Assembly: GCA_048407585.1 (NCBI GenBank)
Contig: DBFNNF010000264.1
Coordinates: 1-32,301, forward strand
Source: Lactobacillus johnsonii
Lineage (GTDB): Bacteria; Bacillota; Bacilli; Lactobacillales; Lactobacillaceae
Direction of reading: 5' to 3'
Length of the DNA: 32,301 nt
Below, in pieces: positions 1-10,029 of the stretch. Below the pieces are notes generated by a model that had not been told where the DNA came from, did not search any database, and saw only the letters and a program-made list of their open reading frames with translations. The number at the start of each line of letters is the position of its first letter. Position 1 is the first letter of the stretch. A program made the position numbers and the translations under genes.

Positions 1-107
1 GTCTTTACGGGATGCTCTTTGCTTGGTCTTACTTATATTCACAAAGAATCATGATGCCAATTTATTTAGCAATCCTAAATGGAATTTTTATGGTAATTTT
101 AGCCTAA
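1..107 (+). CDS. 3' end of an integral membrane protein, possibly CPBP/CAAX-protease (Abi)-like; partial at window edge
   Basis: The frame from nt 3 reads LYGMLFAWSYLYSQRIMMPIYLAILNGIFMVILA*, stop TAA at 105-107, followed by a terminator. It resembles the CPBP C-terminal 'G.lfa..Y......pi..H...N' segment but lacks the His. Confidence 0.5.
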   Translation, partial: LYGMLFAWSYLYSQRIMMPIYLAILNGIFMVILA

Positions 108-108
108 C

Positions 109-144
109 AAAAAACGAGGAACTTCATAAAGTTCCTCGTTTTTT
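109..144. terminator. Bidirectional intrinsic terminator
   Basis: AAAAAACGAGGAACT-tcataa-AGTTCCTCGTTTTTT, with A-run and T-run flanks, lying between the convergent upstream CDS and the tRNA. Confidence 0.9.
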
Positions 145-150
145 AATATA

Positions 151-221
151 AGCGGATAGCGTGAATCGAACCCGCATCTTCAGCTTGGGAAGCTGACATT
201 TTACCATTAAACTATACCCGC
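151..221 (-). tRNA. tRNA-Gly (anticodon CCC), CCA not encoded
   Basis: The reverse complement folds into a cloverleaf: GCGGGTA/TATCCGC acceptor stem, D-loop AATGGTA, anticodon arm TCAGC-TTCCCAA-GCTGA, T-loop TTCGATT, discriminator U. Length 71 nt. Confidence 0.95.
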
Positions 222-233
222 ATAAGCAAAATG

Positions 234-262
234 ATTATATCATTTTGCTAACGATGTGGCAA
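234..262 (-). promoter_or_regulatory. Sigma-A promoter for tRNA-Gly
   Basis: Minus strand TTGCCA (262-257), 17-nt spacer, TATAAT (239-234) with an extended TGn motif; overlaps the end of the SRAP gene. Confidence 0.75.
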
Positions 263-859
263 CTGATGTCTATTTAGGTTATATTCTGACCGGTCAAGTA
301 GAGAAGTAAAGTTTTGAAAGAGCCAACGACGTAATTCAGATGGCTTTAACACTAATGGCATTCTTTCATGAACTGGAAGCACAGTATCATTAGAAGCGGT
401 AGTGACCATTGAAAAGTCATCACCTTTATAAATACCAGCAATTAATGCCATCGGTTCATCTTTTGCAGTAAAAGATGAGTGTTCATGATAGGTTTTGTTA
501 TTTGATGCAAGGTAAGTTTGCTTACTACTTTCCCAGAATTCATTAGCTAAAATAATGCAGCGCTGGCGAGCAAATGAATCATCCCACATTGATGGTTTTT
601 CTTCATAAAAACGTTCTACCCGAGCATTATAAATTACCCGATTCTTTTTAAATGGACTTGGATAGCCCCATTTCTTTTCAACTAACTTTAGTTCGTCATC
701 GCTATATAGCATAACTAAAGATGGAGATTTAGGGTAAATTTGAGTAACAGATTCAAATTTGTCTTCAATGTTTTTTGATACAACTAGTGGTAATTTTAAA
801 TCAGTTTTTAGATATGTCTTAATTTCTTTAAGTGATGGCATTTCATAATGACTACACAT
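248..859 (-). CDS. SOS response-associated peptidase (SRAP/HMCES/YedK family; abasic-site DNA-protein crosslinker)
   Basis: N-terminal Met-Cys, WG, NAR-x-E, RCII...F.E and HERMP motifs typical of the SRAP domain. RBS AAAGGA upstream. Confidence 0.88.
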   Translation of the reverse strand: MCSHYEMPSLKEIKTYLKTDLKLPLVVSKNIEDKFESVTQIYPKSPSLVMLYSDDELKLVEKKWGYPSPFKKNRVIYNARVERFYEEKPSMWDDSFARQRCIILANEFWESSKQTYLASNNKTYHEHSSFTAKDEPMALIAGIYKGDDFSMVTTASNDTVLPVHERMPLVLKPSELRRWLFQNFTSLLDRSEYNLNRHQLPHR

Positions 860-899
860 CTCTATTCATCCTTTCTTTATGTAATTTTTCTCTCAATTT

Positions 900-952
900 A
901 ATTTTAGCAAGTTTTAGGTAAGTTTAAACAAATAAGGATTTTTGCTAGAATT
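900..952. promoter_or_regulatory. Divergent overlapping sigma-A promoters (SRAP gene / trpS)
   Basis: Plus strand: TTTAAA (923-928), 17 nt, TG-c-TAGAAT (946-951). Minus strand: TG-c-TAAAAT (-10 at 906-901). Confidence 0.6.
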
Positions 953-993
953 GGAGGTAAAGCTAAAGATTACAGATATATTGGAGAAAAAAT

Positions 994-2022
994 ATGACAA
1001 AGGAAATTTTATTAACTGGAGATAGACCAACCGGAAAACTTCATATTGGTCACTATATTGGCTCTTTAAAAAACCGTGTAAAATTACAAAATGAAGGTAA
1101 ATATGACCCTTATATTATGATTGCGGACACTCAAGCACTAACTGATAATGCTAGAGATCCTGAAAAAATTAAGAATAGCTTAATTCAAGTAGCTTTGGAC
1201 TACTTAGCTGTTGGACTAGATCCTGAAAAGTCTACTATCTATGTGCAATCACAAATCCCTGCTCTTTTTGAATTAACTGCTTATTACATGGATTTGGTAA
1301 CAGTTGCACGTCTAGAAAGAAATCCAACTGTTAAAACTGAAATTAAGCAAAAGAACTTTAAGGATTCAATTCCAGTTGGTTTCTTAAACTATCCAGTTTC
1401 TCAAGCAGCAGACATTACTGCTTTTAAAGCAACAGTAATCCCAGTTGGGGATGATCAAGAACCAATGCTTGAACAAACTAGAGAAATTGTTCGTACTTTT
1501 AATAGAGTTTATAACACTGATATTTTAGTTGAACCAAAGGGTTACTTCCCACCAAAGGGACAAGGTAGACTTCCAGGTTTAGATGGAAATGCAAAAATGT
1601 CTAAATCACTTGGAAATGCAATTTACTTGTCTGATGATGCAAAGACTGTACAAAAGAAAGTTATGTCAATGTACACGGATCCAAACCATATTCATGTTGA
1701 AGATCCTGGTCAAGTAGAGGGTAATACTGTCTTTACTTATCTTGATGTTTTTGCACCAGATAAAGATAAGGTGGCTGAACTTAAGGAACAATATCAAAAA
1801 GGTGGCTTAGGGGACGTTAAAATTAAACGCTACTTGAATAAGGTTCTTGAAGAAGAACTTGGGCCAATTAGAGAGCGTAGAGAGAAGTTTGCTCAAGATC
1901 CAGATGCTGTATACGAAATGTTACTAGAGGGATCAAAGAAGGCAAATGAAGTTGCTAACCAAACTTTACAAGAAGTTAGAGAAGCAATTGGTTTAAATTA
2001 TTTTGATAGGTTAAATAAATAA
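994..2022 (+). CDS. trpS: Tryptophan--tRNA ligase
   Basis: [13 protein letters not shown] and KMSKS class I motifs; [13 protein letters not shown]. Confidence 0.98.
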   Translation: MTKEILLTGDRPTGKLHIGHYIGSLKNRVKLQNEGKYDPYIMIADTQALTDNARDPEKIKNSLIQVALDYLAVGLDPEKSTIYVQSQIPALFELTAYYMDLVTVARLERNPTVKTEIKQKNFKDSIPVGFLNYPVSQAADITAFKATVIPVGDDQEPMLEQTREIVRTFNRVYNTDILVEPKGYFPPKGQGRLPGLDGNAKMSKSLGNAIYLSDDAKTVQKKVMSMYTDPNHIHVEDPGQVEGNTVFTYLDVFAPDKDKVAELKEQYQKGGLGDVKIKRYLNKVLEEELGPIRERREKFAQDPDAVYEMLLEGSKKANEVANQTLQEVREAIGLNYFDRLNK

Positions 2023-2041
2023 TTTAAAGAGGGTAAGACTG

Positions 2042-2530
2042 ATGACAAGAGACAGGATTCCGTGGAAGCAATATTTTATGATGCAGGCGTTAGTTATTGC
2101 ACAGCGCTCAACTTGTGACCGGGCCTTAGTGGGAAGTGTGTTGGTCAAGGACGACCGGATGATTGCCACTGGTTATAATGGAAGTGTTTCTGGACAACCT
2201 CATTGTGATGACGTTGGTCATTTAATGGTTGATGGACACTGTGTTAGAACTATTCACTCGGAAATGAATGCCTTAATCCAGTGTGCTAAAAACGGTATCT
2301 CAACTGAAGGTACTGAAATCTATGTGACTTATTTTCCTTGCTTTAATTGCAGCAAATGCTTAGTTCAGGCTGGTATTAAGAAAATTAACTATTATTATGA
2401 TTATCATGATAATCCGTTAGCACTCAAGTTGCTGCGTGAAAAGGGTGTGGCGATTGAACAAGTAACGCTAGATCATAAATATGTTCAAAGCTTAGCTGAC
2501 AGGTTAGAGAAGGCGGATAATGAAAAATAA
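2042..2530 (+). CDS. comEB: ComEB-family dCMP deaminase
   Basis: Zinc-binding HSE...PCxxC (HSEMNAL, FPCFNC) plus RSTC.R..VG and GYNG motifs; N-terminus 'RIPW.QYFM.QA' typical of ComEB. Confidence 0.85.
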   Translation: MTRDRIPWKQYFMMQALVIAQRSTCDRALVGSVLVKDDRMIATGYNGSVSGQPHCDDVGHLMVDGHCVRTIHSEMNALIQCAKNGISTEGTEIYVTYFPCFNCSKCLVQAGIKKINYYYDYHDNPLALKLLREKGVAIEQVTLDHKYVQSLADRLEKADNEK

Positions 2531-3107
2531 GTTTATCAGTTTTGGAATACTCTTGATTTCCTTTTTACTATTTACTGCTAGCACAACTTCTTTTGTTAGT
2601 GATCCGCAAAATTTATTTAATAACCAAACTAAAGAGTTAGTAACTCAAAAAAATAAAGAATACCAAAAAACAAAAAATAAACCTGAAATTCGACTTTTAA
2701 GTCTAAAAAATAGTAATGACATTAATAAAATTAGACCGATGAAAAATCAGATAATTATTGTAGCTGCGTTACAAAATAAAAGAAAAAATGTTCAAATTCT
2801 TGTTGGTAAAAATTACCAAGATGTTTTGGCACAAAACAAGTGTAGCAACATTATCCGATATGCAGGTGATAAATTACGAAGCGAGAAAAAAACAACTTTC
2901 AACTCAGGGATTCGATTAGTTTTTAATGCCTGTGCAACTTTAATTGCCCAAAAAGATAAGTTATCTTATGATAAAAATTCTTTGACGCAAGAAGAGTTAC
3001 AAAAAATTGATCACCCACAAAGTGTAAGTTTAGTTTGGGGATTAGTGATTGCAGCTTTAATTAGTTTTGGATTAGTTTTATTCAAAAGCACGCGAAAGCC
3101 ACATTAG
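2520..3107 (+). CDS. Membrane-anchored protein, TPM (DUF477)-like domain
   Basis: N-terminal hydrophobic signal or TM, C-terminal TM, and segments FVSDPQNLF...PEI and IIIVAA...RKNVQILVG resembling TPM-domain motifs. Overlaps the comEB stop. Family call is by eye. Confidence 0.55.
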   Translation: MKNKFISFGILLISFLLFTASTTSFVSDPQNLFNNQTKELVTQKNKEYQKTKNKPEIRLLSLKNSNDINKIRPMKNQIIIVAALQNKRKNVQILVGKNYQDVLAQNKCSNIIRYAGDKLRSEKKTTFNSGIRLVFNACATLIAQKDKLSYDKNSLTQEELQKIDHPQSVSLVWGLVIAALISFGLVLFKSTRKPH

Positions 3108-3111
3108 GGGC

Positions 3112-3140
3112 TTGACTAAATGCTAGTTAGCCGTTAAAGT
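3112..3140 (+). promoter_or_regulatory. Sigma-A promoter for the M-box leader
   Basis: TTGACT (3112-3117), 17 nt, TAAAGT (3135-3140). Confidence 0.65.
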
Positions 3141-3167
3141 ATCAATAGAAATTAAATATGAGAGCAA

Positions 3168-3333
3168 ATAAACTGTTAGGTGAGACTCCTACGTGAACAC
3201 ATGCTGTCGCCCAGCAACATCCAGAGATGCCAACGGGTCAAACAGGGATCGTCGATATAAGGCCCTCCCCAGCCAGCTAGTTATATTTTTATAACCTTAC
3301 GTCACGTAGTGTTAAAACTGAACGACGAGTATA
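3168..3333 (+). ncRNA. M-box (ykoK leader) Mg2+ riboswitch aptamer
   Basis: Conserved ykoK blocks in order: GTTAGGTGAGACTCCT, GCTGTCGCCCA, GCCAACGGGTCAA.CAG, TCGATATAAGG, AGTGTTAAAACT.AACG. CTACGTGA (3189-3196) pairs with TCACGTAG (3302-3309). Upstream of an MgtA-like gene. Confidence 0.93.
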
Positions 3334-3349
3334 AAAATCGCTTGGATTT

Positions 3350-3380
3350 AAGCCGATGCAGTTTTTGCATCGGCTTTTTG
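3350..3380 (+). terminator. Riboswitch expression-platform terminator
   Basis: AGCCGATGCA-gtttt-TGCATCGGCT followed by TTTTGTTTGTTT, between aptamer and ORF. Confidence 0.9.
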
Positions 3381-3415
3381 TTTGTTTGCTAGGTTCTTAA
3401 GAAAGGATGTTGAAG

Positions 3416-4438
3416 ATGTTAAAAATCAACACTTCCGGCAAAAGACATACTACAGACACCAAGCTGGTGCGCCGGATTGCATGCGAAGATAAATTTGCAA
3501 CACTGCAACGATTAAAAACCTCAATTAGTGGCCTTCAAACTAAAGATGCGAGGCAACGCTTAGCAAAAAATGGTCCTAACGAAATTGTAAATAAACCTAA
3601 AAGTACTAGACTTCAATTTTTATGTGAAGCATTTATGACACCTTTTACAAGTATTCTTTTAGGCTTAGCAATTGTATCTATTATGCTTAACTATAAACTA
3701 AAAGTTCATAATTTAGATACACCTGTTTTAATTATTTTAGTTTTAGCTATTTCTGGAATGTTAAGTTTCATTCAAAATATTAAGATTAGAGCAGCTATTC
3801 AAAATTTACTACATAAAATATCGCCGACTACTAAAGTTATGCGTGACTGCACGCCACAAGAGTTGGCAACTAAGGAGTTAGTGGCTGGGGATATTATCTT
3901 GTTACAAGCTGGAGAAGTGGTTCCGGCAGATGTAAGAATTTTAAAGAATAATAATATAATTTGTTCAGCTGATTTCTTTATGGATGAAGATAATCCAGTA
4001 TATAAGAGTGAAATTACTTCTTTAGGTCAGAGAAACAATCATGGTTATGTAGACTATTCAAATATTTTATACGCAGGTACAAGAATTATCTCTGGTTCTG
4101 GAGTTGGAGTAGTATTTGCGACTGGAAAAGAGACTATTTTTGGAAAATTGGCTCAAAATATTTCCAAGATGGAATTAAAGAAACACGTATTTAATTTAGA
4201 TACCAGAAATTTAACAAGAGTATTTTTAATTCTAGCTGCAGTTATTGTTCCTTTGTTTTTAGTAATTAGTAGTATGATGCATGGCAACTGGGAAAATACT
4301 TTAGTATTTGCTCTTGCAGTAGTTGTCGGATTAACCTCTGATGCAGTTCCTATTTCTATCACTAGCCAATTACTAAAAAATTCAATTCACCATCCGAGTA
4401 ATAGCATGGTAATGAAAAAACAAAATCAATCTAACTAG
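3416..4438 (+). CDS. Truncated, catalytically degenerate MgtA-like P-type ATPase (N-terminal domain, actuator domain and TM1-4 only); pseudo-enzyme or pseudogene
   Basis: GL....A..RL...GPNEI, LVAGDIILLQAGEVVPADVR and GT.I.SG.G.GVV.ATG..T.FG motifs are present. The ORF stops before DKTGT. Start 3416 chosen for spacing from the AAAGGA RBS (the track gives 3407). Confidence 0.85.
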   Translation: MLKINTSGKRHTTDTKLVRRIACEDKFATLQRLKTSISGLQTKDARQRLAKNGPNEIVNKPKSTRLQFLCEAFMTPFTSILLGLAIVSIMLNYKLKVHNLDTPVLIILVLAISGMLSFIQNIKIRAAIQNLLHKISPTTKVMRDCTPQELATKELVAGDIILLQAGEVVPADVRILKNNNIICSADFFMDEDNPVYKSEITSLGQRNNHGYVDYSNILYAGTRIISGSGVGVVFATGKETIFGKLAQNISKMELKKHVFNLDTRNLTRVFLILAAVIVPLFLVISSMMHGNWENTLVFALAVVVGLTSDAVPISITSQLLKNSIHHPSNSMVMKKQNQSN

Positions 4439-4466
4439 GAATTTCTAAAAAAGAAATTCCTTTTTT
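4437..4466 (+). terminator. Intrinsic terminator directly after the truncated ATPase
   Basis: AGGAATTTCT-aaaaa-AGAAATTCCT-TTTTT, overlapping the TAG stop. Confidence 0.8.
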
Positions 4467-4485
4467 AGTACACAAATTTATATAG

Positions 4486-6512
<2,027 letters not shown>

Positions 6513-6513
<1 letters not shown>

Positions 6514-7286
6514 TGGAGATTTTTGATTCGCATACACACTTAAATGATGTACCTTTTCGCGGAAAAGAAGATATTTATCTTGAACGAGCTAAAGAATTGG
6601 GTGTTGTGAAAAGTGCGGTTGCTGGACAAGATCCTGAATTTAACGAACGTGCGATTGACTTGAGTCAAAGATTCGATAACTTATATGCTATTGTTGGCTA
6701 TTGTCCGGATGTTGCTAAAGACTATGATCAAAAAGCTGAGGATAAGCTAGTTGAGCAACTAAAAGAACCTAAAACTGTCGCTTTAGGAGAAATTGGACTA
6801 GATTATTATTGGGATGAATCCCCTAGAGATGTACAACGTAAAGTTTTTGCGCGACAACTTGATTTGGCTCATAGTTTGAAAATGCCTGTTAATATTCATA
6901 CTCGAGATGCTTTTGAAGATACTTATCAAGTTTTGAAAGATAGTCATATTGGTGAATATGGTGGGATAATTCATAATTTCAATGGTGATCCGGAATGGCT
7001 CAAGAAGTTTCTTGACCTAGGGATGATGGTTTCATTTTCTGGTGTGGTTTCTTTTACTAAAGCAGTTGATGTTCATGCTTCAGCTAAGGTTGTGCCGTGG
7101 GACAAATTTTTAATTGAAACTGATGCTCCATATTTAACCCCGAAGCCATACCGTGGAAAACAAAATGAAACAGGATATGTACGTTATGTAGCTGAAGCAA
7201 TTGCCGATTTGCGTGGAAGCTCTGTTGAAGAAGTAGCCAAGCATACATTTGAGAATACGATGAGGGCATATGGAATCAGAAAATAA
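6513..7286 (+). CDS. tatD: TatD-family nuclease
   Basis: DSHTH, GEIGLDY, IHTRDA and ETDAPYL motifs; TAATG overlap with metG. Confidence 0.95.
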
Positions 7287-7833
7287 AAAACAATTTAATG
7301 CTGTAATAATTGTTGAAGGTCGAGATGATACCAAGCGTCTAAAACAATTTTTTCCTGGAATTGAAACTATTGAAACCAATGGTTCAGAGGTATCTGAACA
7401 AACTTTAGCTGAAATAAAGAAGCTTTCAAAAACTAGAGAAATAATTATTTTTACTGACCCAGATTATAATGGCGAAAGGATTCGGCGCTTAGTTACCCAA
7501 GCAGCTCCTCAGGCTAAGCAAGCTTTTATTACACGCAAAGAAGGGGAACCAACTAAGCGTGGAAATAGTTTAGGAGTTGAACACGCTTCAAAAGAGGCCT
7601 TGGTTCGTGCTTTAAGTGATTTGCATGAAATTAAACCGATCGAAAGTGATATCACTAAAGAAAAGTACGATGAGTTAGGCTTGGGAATGAGTTCAGGTGC
7701 TCGTCTTTTACGTGAGAAGGTTGGGATTAAGCTAGGAATTGGATATGGAAATAGTAAACAATTTTATAAACGCTTAAAGATGTTTGGAATTACTTATGAT
7801 GAATTAAAGAGGGCAGTTGAAGATGTCAAATAG
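7270..7833 (+). CDS. rnmV: Ribonuclease M5
   Basis: TOPRIM motifs IVEGRDD and TDPD..GE.IR, plus GVEHAS; canonical tatD-rnmV-rsmA synteny. Confidence 0.95.
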   Translation: MESENKKQFNAVIIVEGRDDTKRLKQFFPGIETIETNGSEVSEQTLAEIKKLSKTREIIIFTDPDYNGERIRRLVTQAAPQAKQAFITRKEGEPTKRGNSLGVEHASKEALVRALSDLHEIKPIESDITKEKYDELGLGMSSGARLLREKVGIKLGIGYGNSKQFYKRLKMFGITYDELKRAVEDVK

Positions 7834-8713
7834 TATGCCGATTGCAAGTCCAGTTAGAACTCAAGCAATTGTTAATCGCTATTTTATGCATGCGAAAAAG
7901 AATTTAGGTCAAAACTTTTTAATAGATTTAGCAGCAATTAAAGGAATTGTTGAAGCAGCAGATATTAAACCAGGAGACCAAGTTATTGAAATTGGACCTG
8001 GAATTGGTTCATTAACTGAACAACTTCTTTTAGCTGGAGCTAAAGTTTTGGCTTATGAGGTTGATCAAGATTTACCAGAAATCTTAAACAATGAATTGCC
8101 ACAAAAAATTGATGGTGAAGAATTGAAAGATCGCTTTAAGTTGGTAATGAAAGATGTATTGAAAGCTAACTTTGTAGAGGATAATGATGGCTTTCTTGAT
8201 TTAAGTAAATCAGTTAAGATTGTTGCTAATTTACCTTACTACATTACAACTCCAATTATTTTCAATCTAATTAAGAGTGATTTGGATTTCTCAAGTTTAA
8301 CTTTAATGATGCAGAAAGAAGTTGCTGAACGGTTGGTTGCTAAGCCTAAGACAAAGGAATACGGTCCTTTATCTATTGCCGTGCAAAGTCGGATGAATGT
8401 TCGCTTAGCCGAAGAAGTAAAGAGTACATCTTTCATGCCAAGACCTAAAGTTGATTCTGCTGTTGTTGTTTTAACGCCACTTCTTGAAAAGCCTGACATT
8501 AATGATTATGCATTCTTCGATCATGTAGTAAAAATGTGCTTTGCTCAACGTCGTAAAACTTTAGCTAATAATTTGAAGACTTTAATCAAAGATAAAGATG
8601 AACGCGAGAAATTAATTAATGATCTAGGGCTAGATGTTAGAGTTCGTCCGGAAGAATTAACCCTAAATCAATTTGTTCAGTTGGCACATCTTTTAAACGA
8701 TCGGCAGGCATAA
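7823..8713 (+). CDS. rsmA: 16S rRNA m6,2A dimethyltransferase (KsgA)
   Basis: [41 protein letters not shown]. Confidence 0.97.
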   Translation: MSNSMPIASPVRTQAIVNRYFMHAKKNLGQNFLIDLAAIKGIVEAADIKPGDQVIEIGPGIGSLTEQLLLAGAKVLAYEVDQDLPEILNNELPQKIDGEELKDRFKLVMKDVLKANFVEDNDGFLDLSKSVKIVANLPYYITTPIIFNLIKSDLDFSSLTLMMQKEVAERLVAKPKTKEYGPLSIAVQSRMNVRLAEEVKSTSFMPRPKVDSAVVVLTPLLEKPDINDYAFFDHVVKMCFAQRRKTLANNLKTLIKDKDEREKLINDLGLDVRVRPEELTLNQFVQLAHLLNDRQA

Positions 8714-8733
8714 AACGGTTACAAATTACAGAC

Positions 8734-8762
8734 TTGAAAAAATATTAATTTTTTGATAAAAT
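8734..8762 (+). promoter_or_regulatory. Near-consensus sigma-A promoter of veg
   Basis: TTGAAA, 17 nt, TG-a-TAAAAT. Confidence 0.75.
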
Positions 8763-8788
8763 GAATCCAAGCAAAGGAGTGACGTCCA

Positions 8789-9028
8789 GTGCCAACAACA
8801 CTAATGGCAATTAAACAAAGTTTGGATTCTCATTTGGGTGAAAACTTAGTAGTAGTAGCTCAAGCAGGAAGAAAAAAAGTAACCCGTCGTAAAGGTAGAT
8901 TAACTAAGACTTATCGGGCTGTATTTGTTGTAGATCTTGACCAAGATCAAAATAATTTTGAACGAGTATCTTATAGTTATACCGATTTATTAACCAAAAA
9001 CATTGAACTCGAGTTTGATGAAATGTAG
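8789..9028 (+). CDS. veg: Veg family protein
   Basis: GRKK...RKG.L..TY.AVF.V and SYSYTDLLT motifs; GTG start with AAGGAG RBS; follows rsmA. Confidence 0.95.
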   Translation: MPTTLMAIKQSLDSHLGENLVVVAQAGRKKVTRRKGRLTKTYRAVFVVDLDQDQNNFERVSYSYTDLLTKNIELEFDEM

Positions 9029-9050
9029 TCGACAATAGAATATTACGAAC

Positions 9051-9087
9051 AATCACTAGTATTTCACTTAAAATGCTAGTGATTTTT
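9051..9087 (+). terminator. Intrinsic terminator after veg
   Basis: AATCACTAGtATTT...AAATgCTAGTGATT followed by a T-run. Confidence 0.7.
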
Positions 9088-9145
9088 CTTTATATAGAGT
9101 ATATTTAAACGTAGAAATCTATTTAATGTTTAGGAAGGTAAAAGC

Positions 9146-9982
9146 ATGAAACGTTCAGAAAGATTAGTTGATATGGTTAAGTATCTTTTGGCTCGCCCTC
9201 ATACTTTGATTGCATTACCATTTTTTGCAGATCGCTATGGTGCAGCAAAATCTTCAATTTCAGAAGATTTGGCAATTTTACGTCAAACTTTAGCCAACGA
9301 TCAAAATGGAATTTTAGAAACTGTAGCAGGAGCAGCCGGTGGAGTAAGATACATTCCTTTTGTAGGAAAAAAAGAAGCTACAGACTATCTTCATGATTTA
9401 GCTGACCGTATTGAAGATCCTGATCGTATTTTACCCGGTAATTTTGTTTACTTATCCGATATTTTAGGTTCGCCGCAAGATTTACGTCAAATTGGACAAC
9501 TGATTGCTACCAAATATGCCTATAGTAATGTTGACTATGTAATGACGATTGAGACTAAAGGAATTGCTCTTGCACAAGCAGTAAGTCGTTTCTTAAATGT
9601 GCCATTTGTAATGGTTAGAAGACGTCCTAAAATTACTGAGGGATCAACAATTTCAGTTAATTATGTTGCTTCTTCAAGTGAACGAGTTGAAAAAATGGAG
9701 TTAGCCAAAAGACTCCTCCCAGAAGGAAGTAATGTACTAATTGTCGATGACTTCATGAAAGGTGGAGGCACTTTAACTGGGATGGAAGAACTAGTTAAAG
9801 AATTTAAAGGTACTGTTGCCGGTATGTGTGTACTTTGCGAAACAAAGTATGCCTCTCAAAAAGTAGTTGATGACTACCAATCTTTAATTAAAATCACTGA
9901 AGTTGACAGGGATAAGAAACTAATCAAAGTACGACCAGGTAATTTCTTAGAGCAGACAGACTTCAATCGTTTCCCAAAATGA
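9146..9982 (+). CDS. purR: Firmicute-type pur operon regulator (wHTH plus PRTase domain)
   Basis: KRSERLVDM, AKSSISEDL, GAAGGV.YIP, and PRPP-binding VLIVDDFMKGGGT. Confidence 0.97.
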   Translation: MKRSERLVDMVKYLLARPHTLIALPFFADRYGAAKSSISEDLAILRQTLANDQNGILETVAGAAGGVRYIPFVGKKEATDYLHDLADRIEDPDRILPGNFVYLSDILGSPQDLRQIGQLIATKYAYSNVDYVMTIETKGIALAQAVSRFLNVPFVMVRRRPKITEGSTISVNYVASSSERVEKMELAKRLLPEGSNVLIVDDFMKGGGTLTGMEELVKEFKGTVAGMCVLCETKYASQKVVDDYQSLIKITEVDRDKKLIKVRPGNFLEQTDFNRFPK

Positions 9983-10029
9983 TATACTGATAGATAGCTT
10001 AAATACAATATTGAGGGGATATTAAATTC

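Noticed and set aside
151..860. tRNA-Gly as an integration site for a prophage or island
   Set aside because: No integrase or duplicated tRNA 3' end is seen, a terminator directly follows the tRNA, and the flanking genes look chromosomal.
9029..9145. Absence of ispE between veg and purR
   Set aside because: Expected in lactobacilli that use the mevalonate pathway; no remnant is visible.
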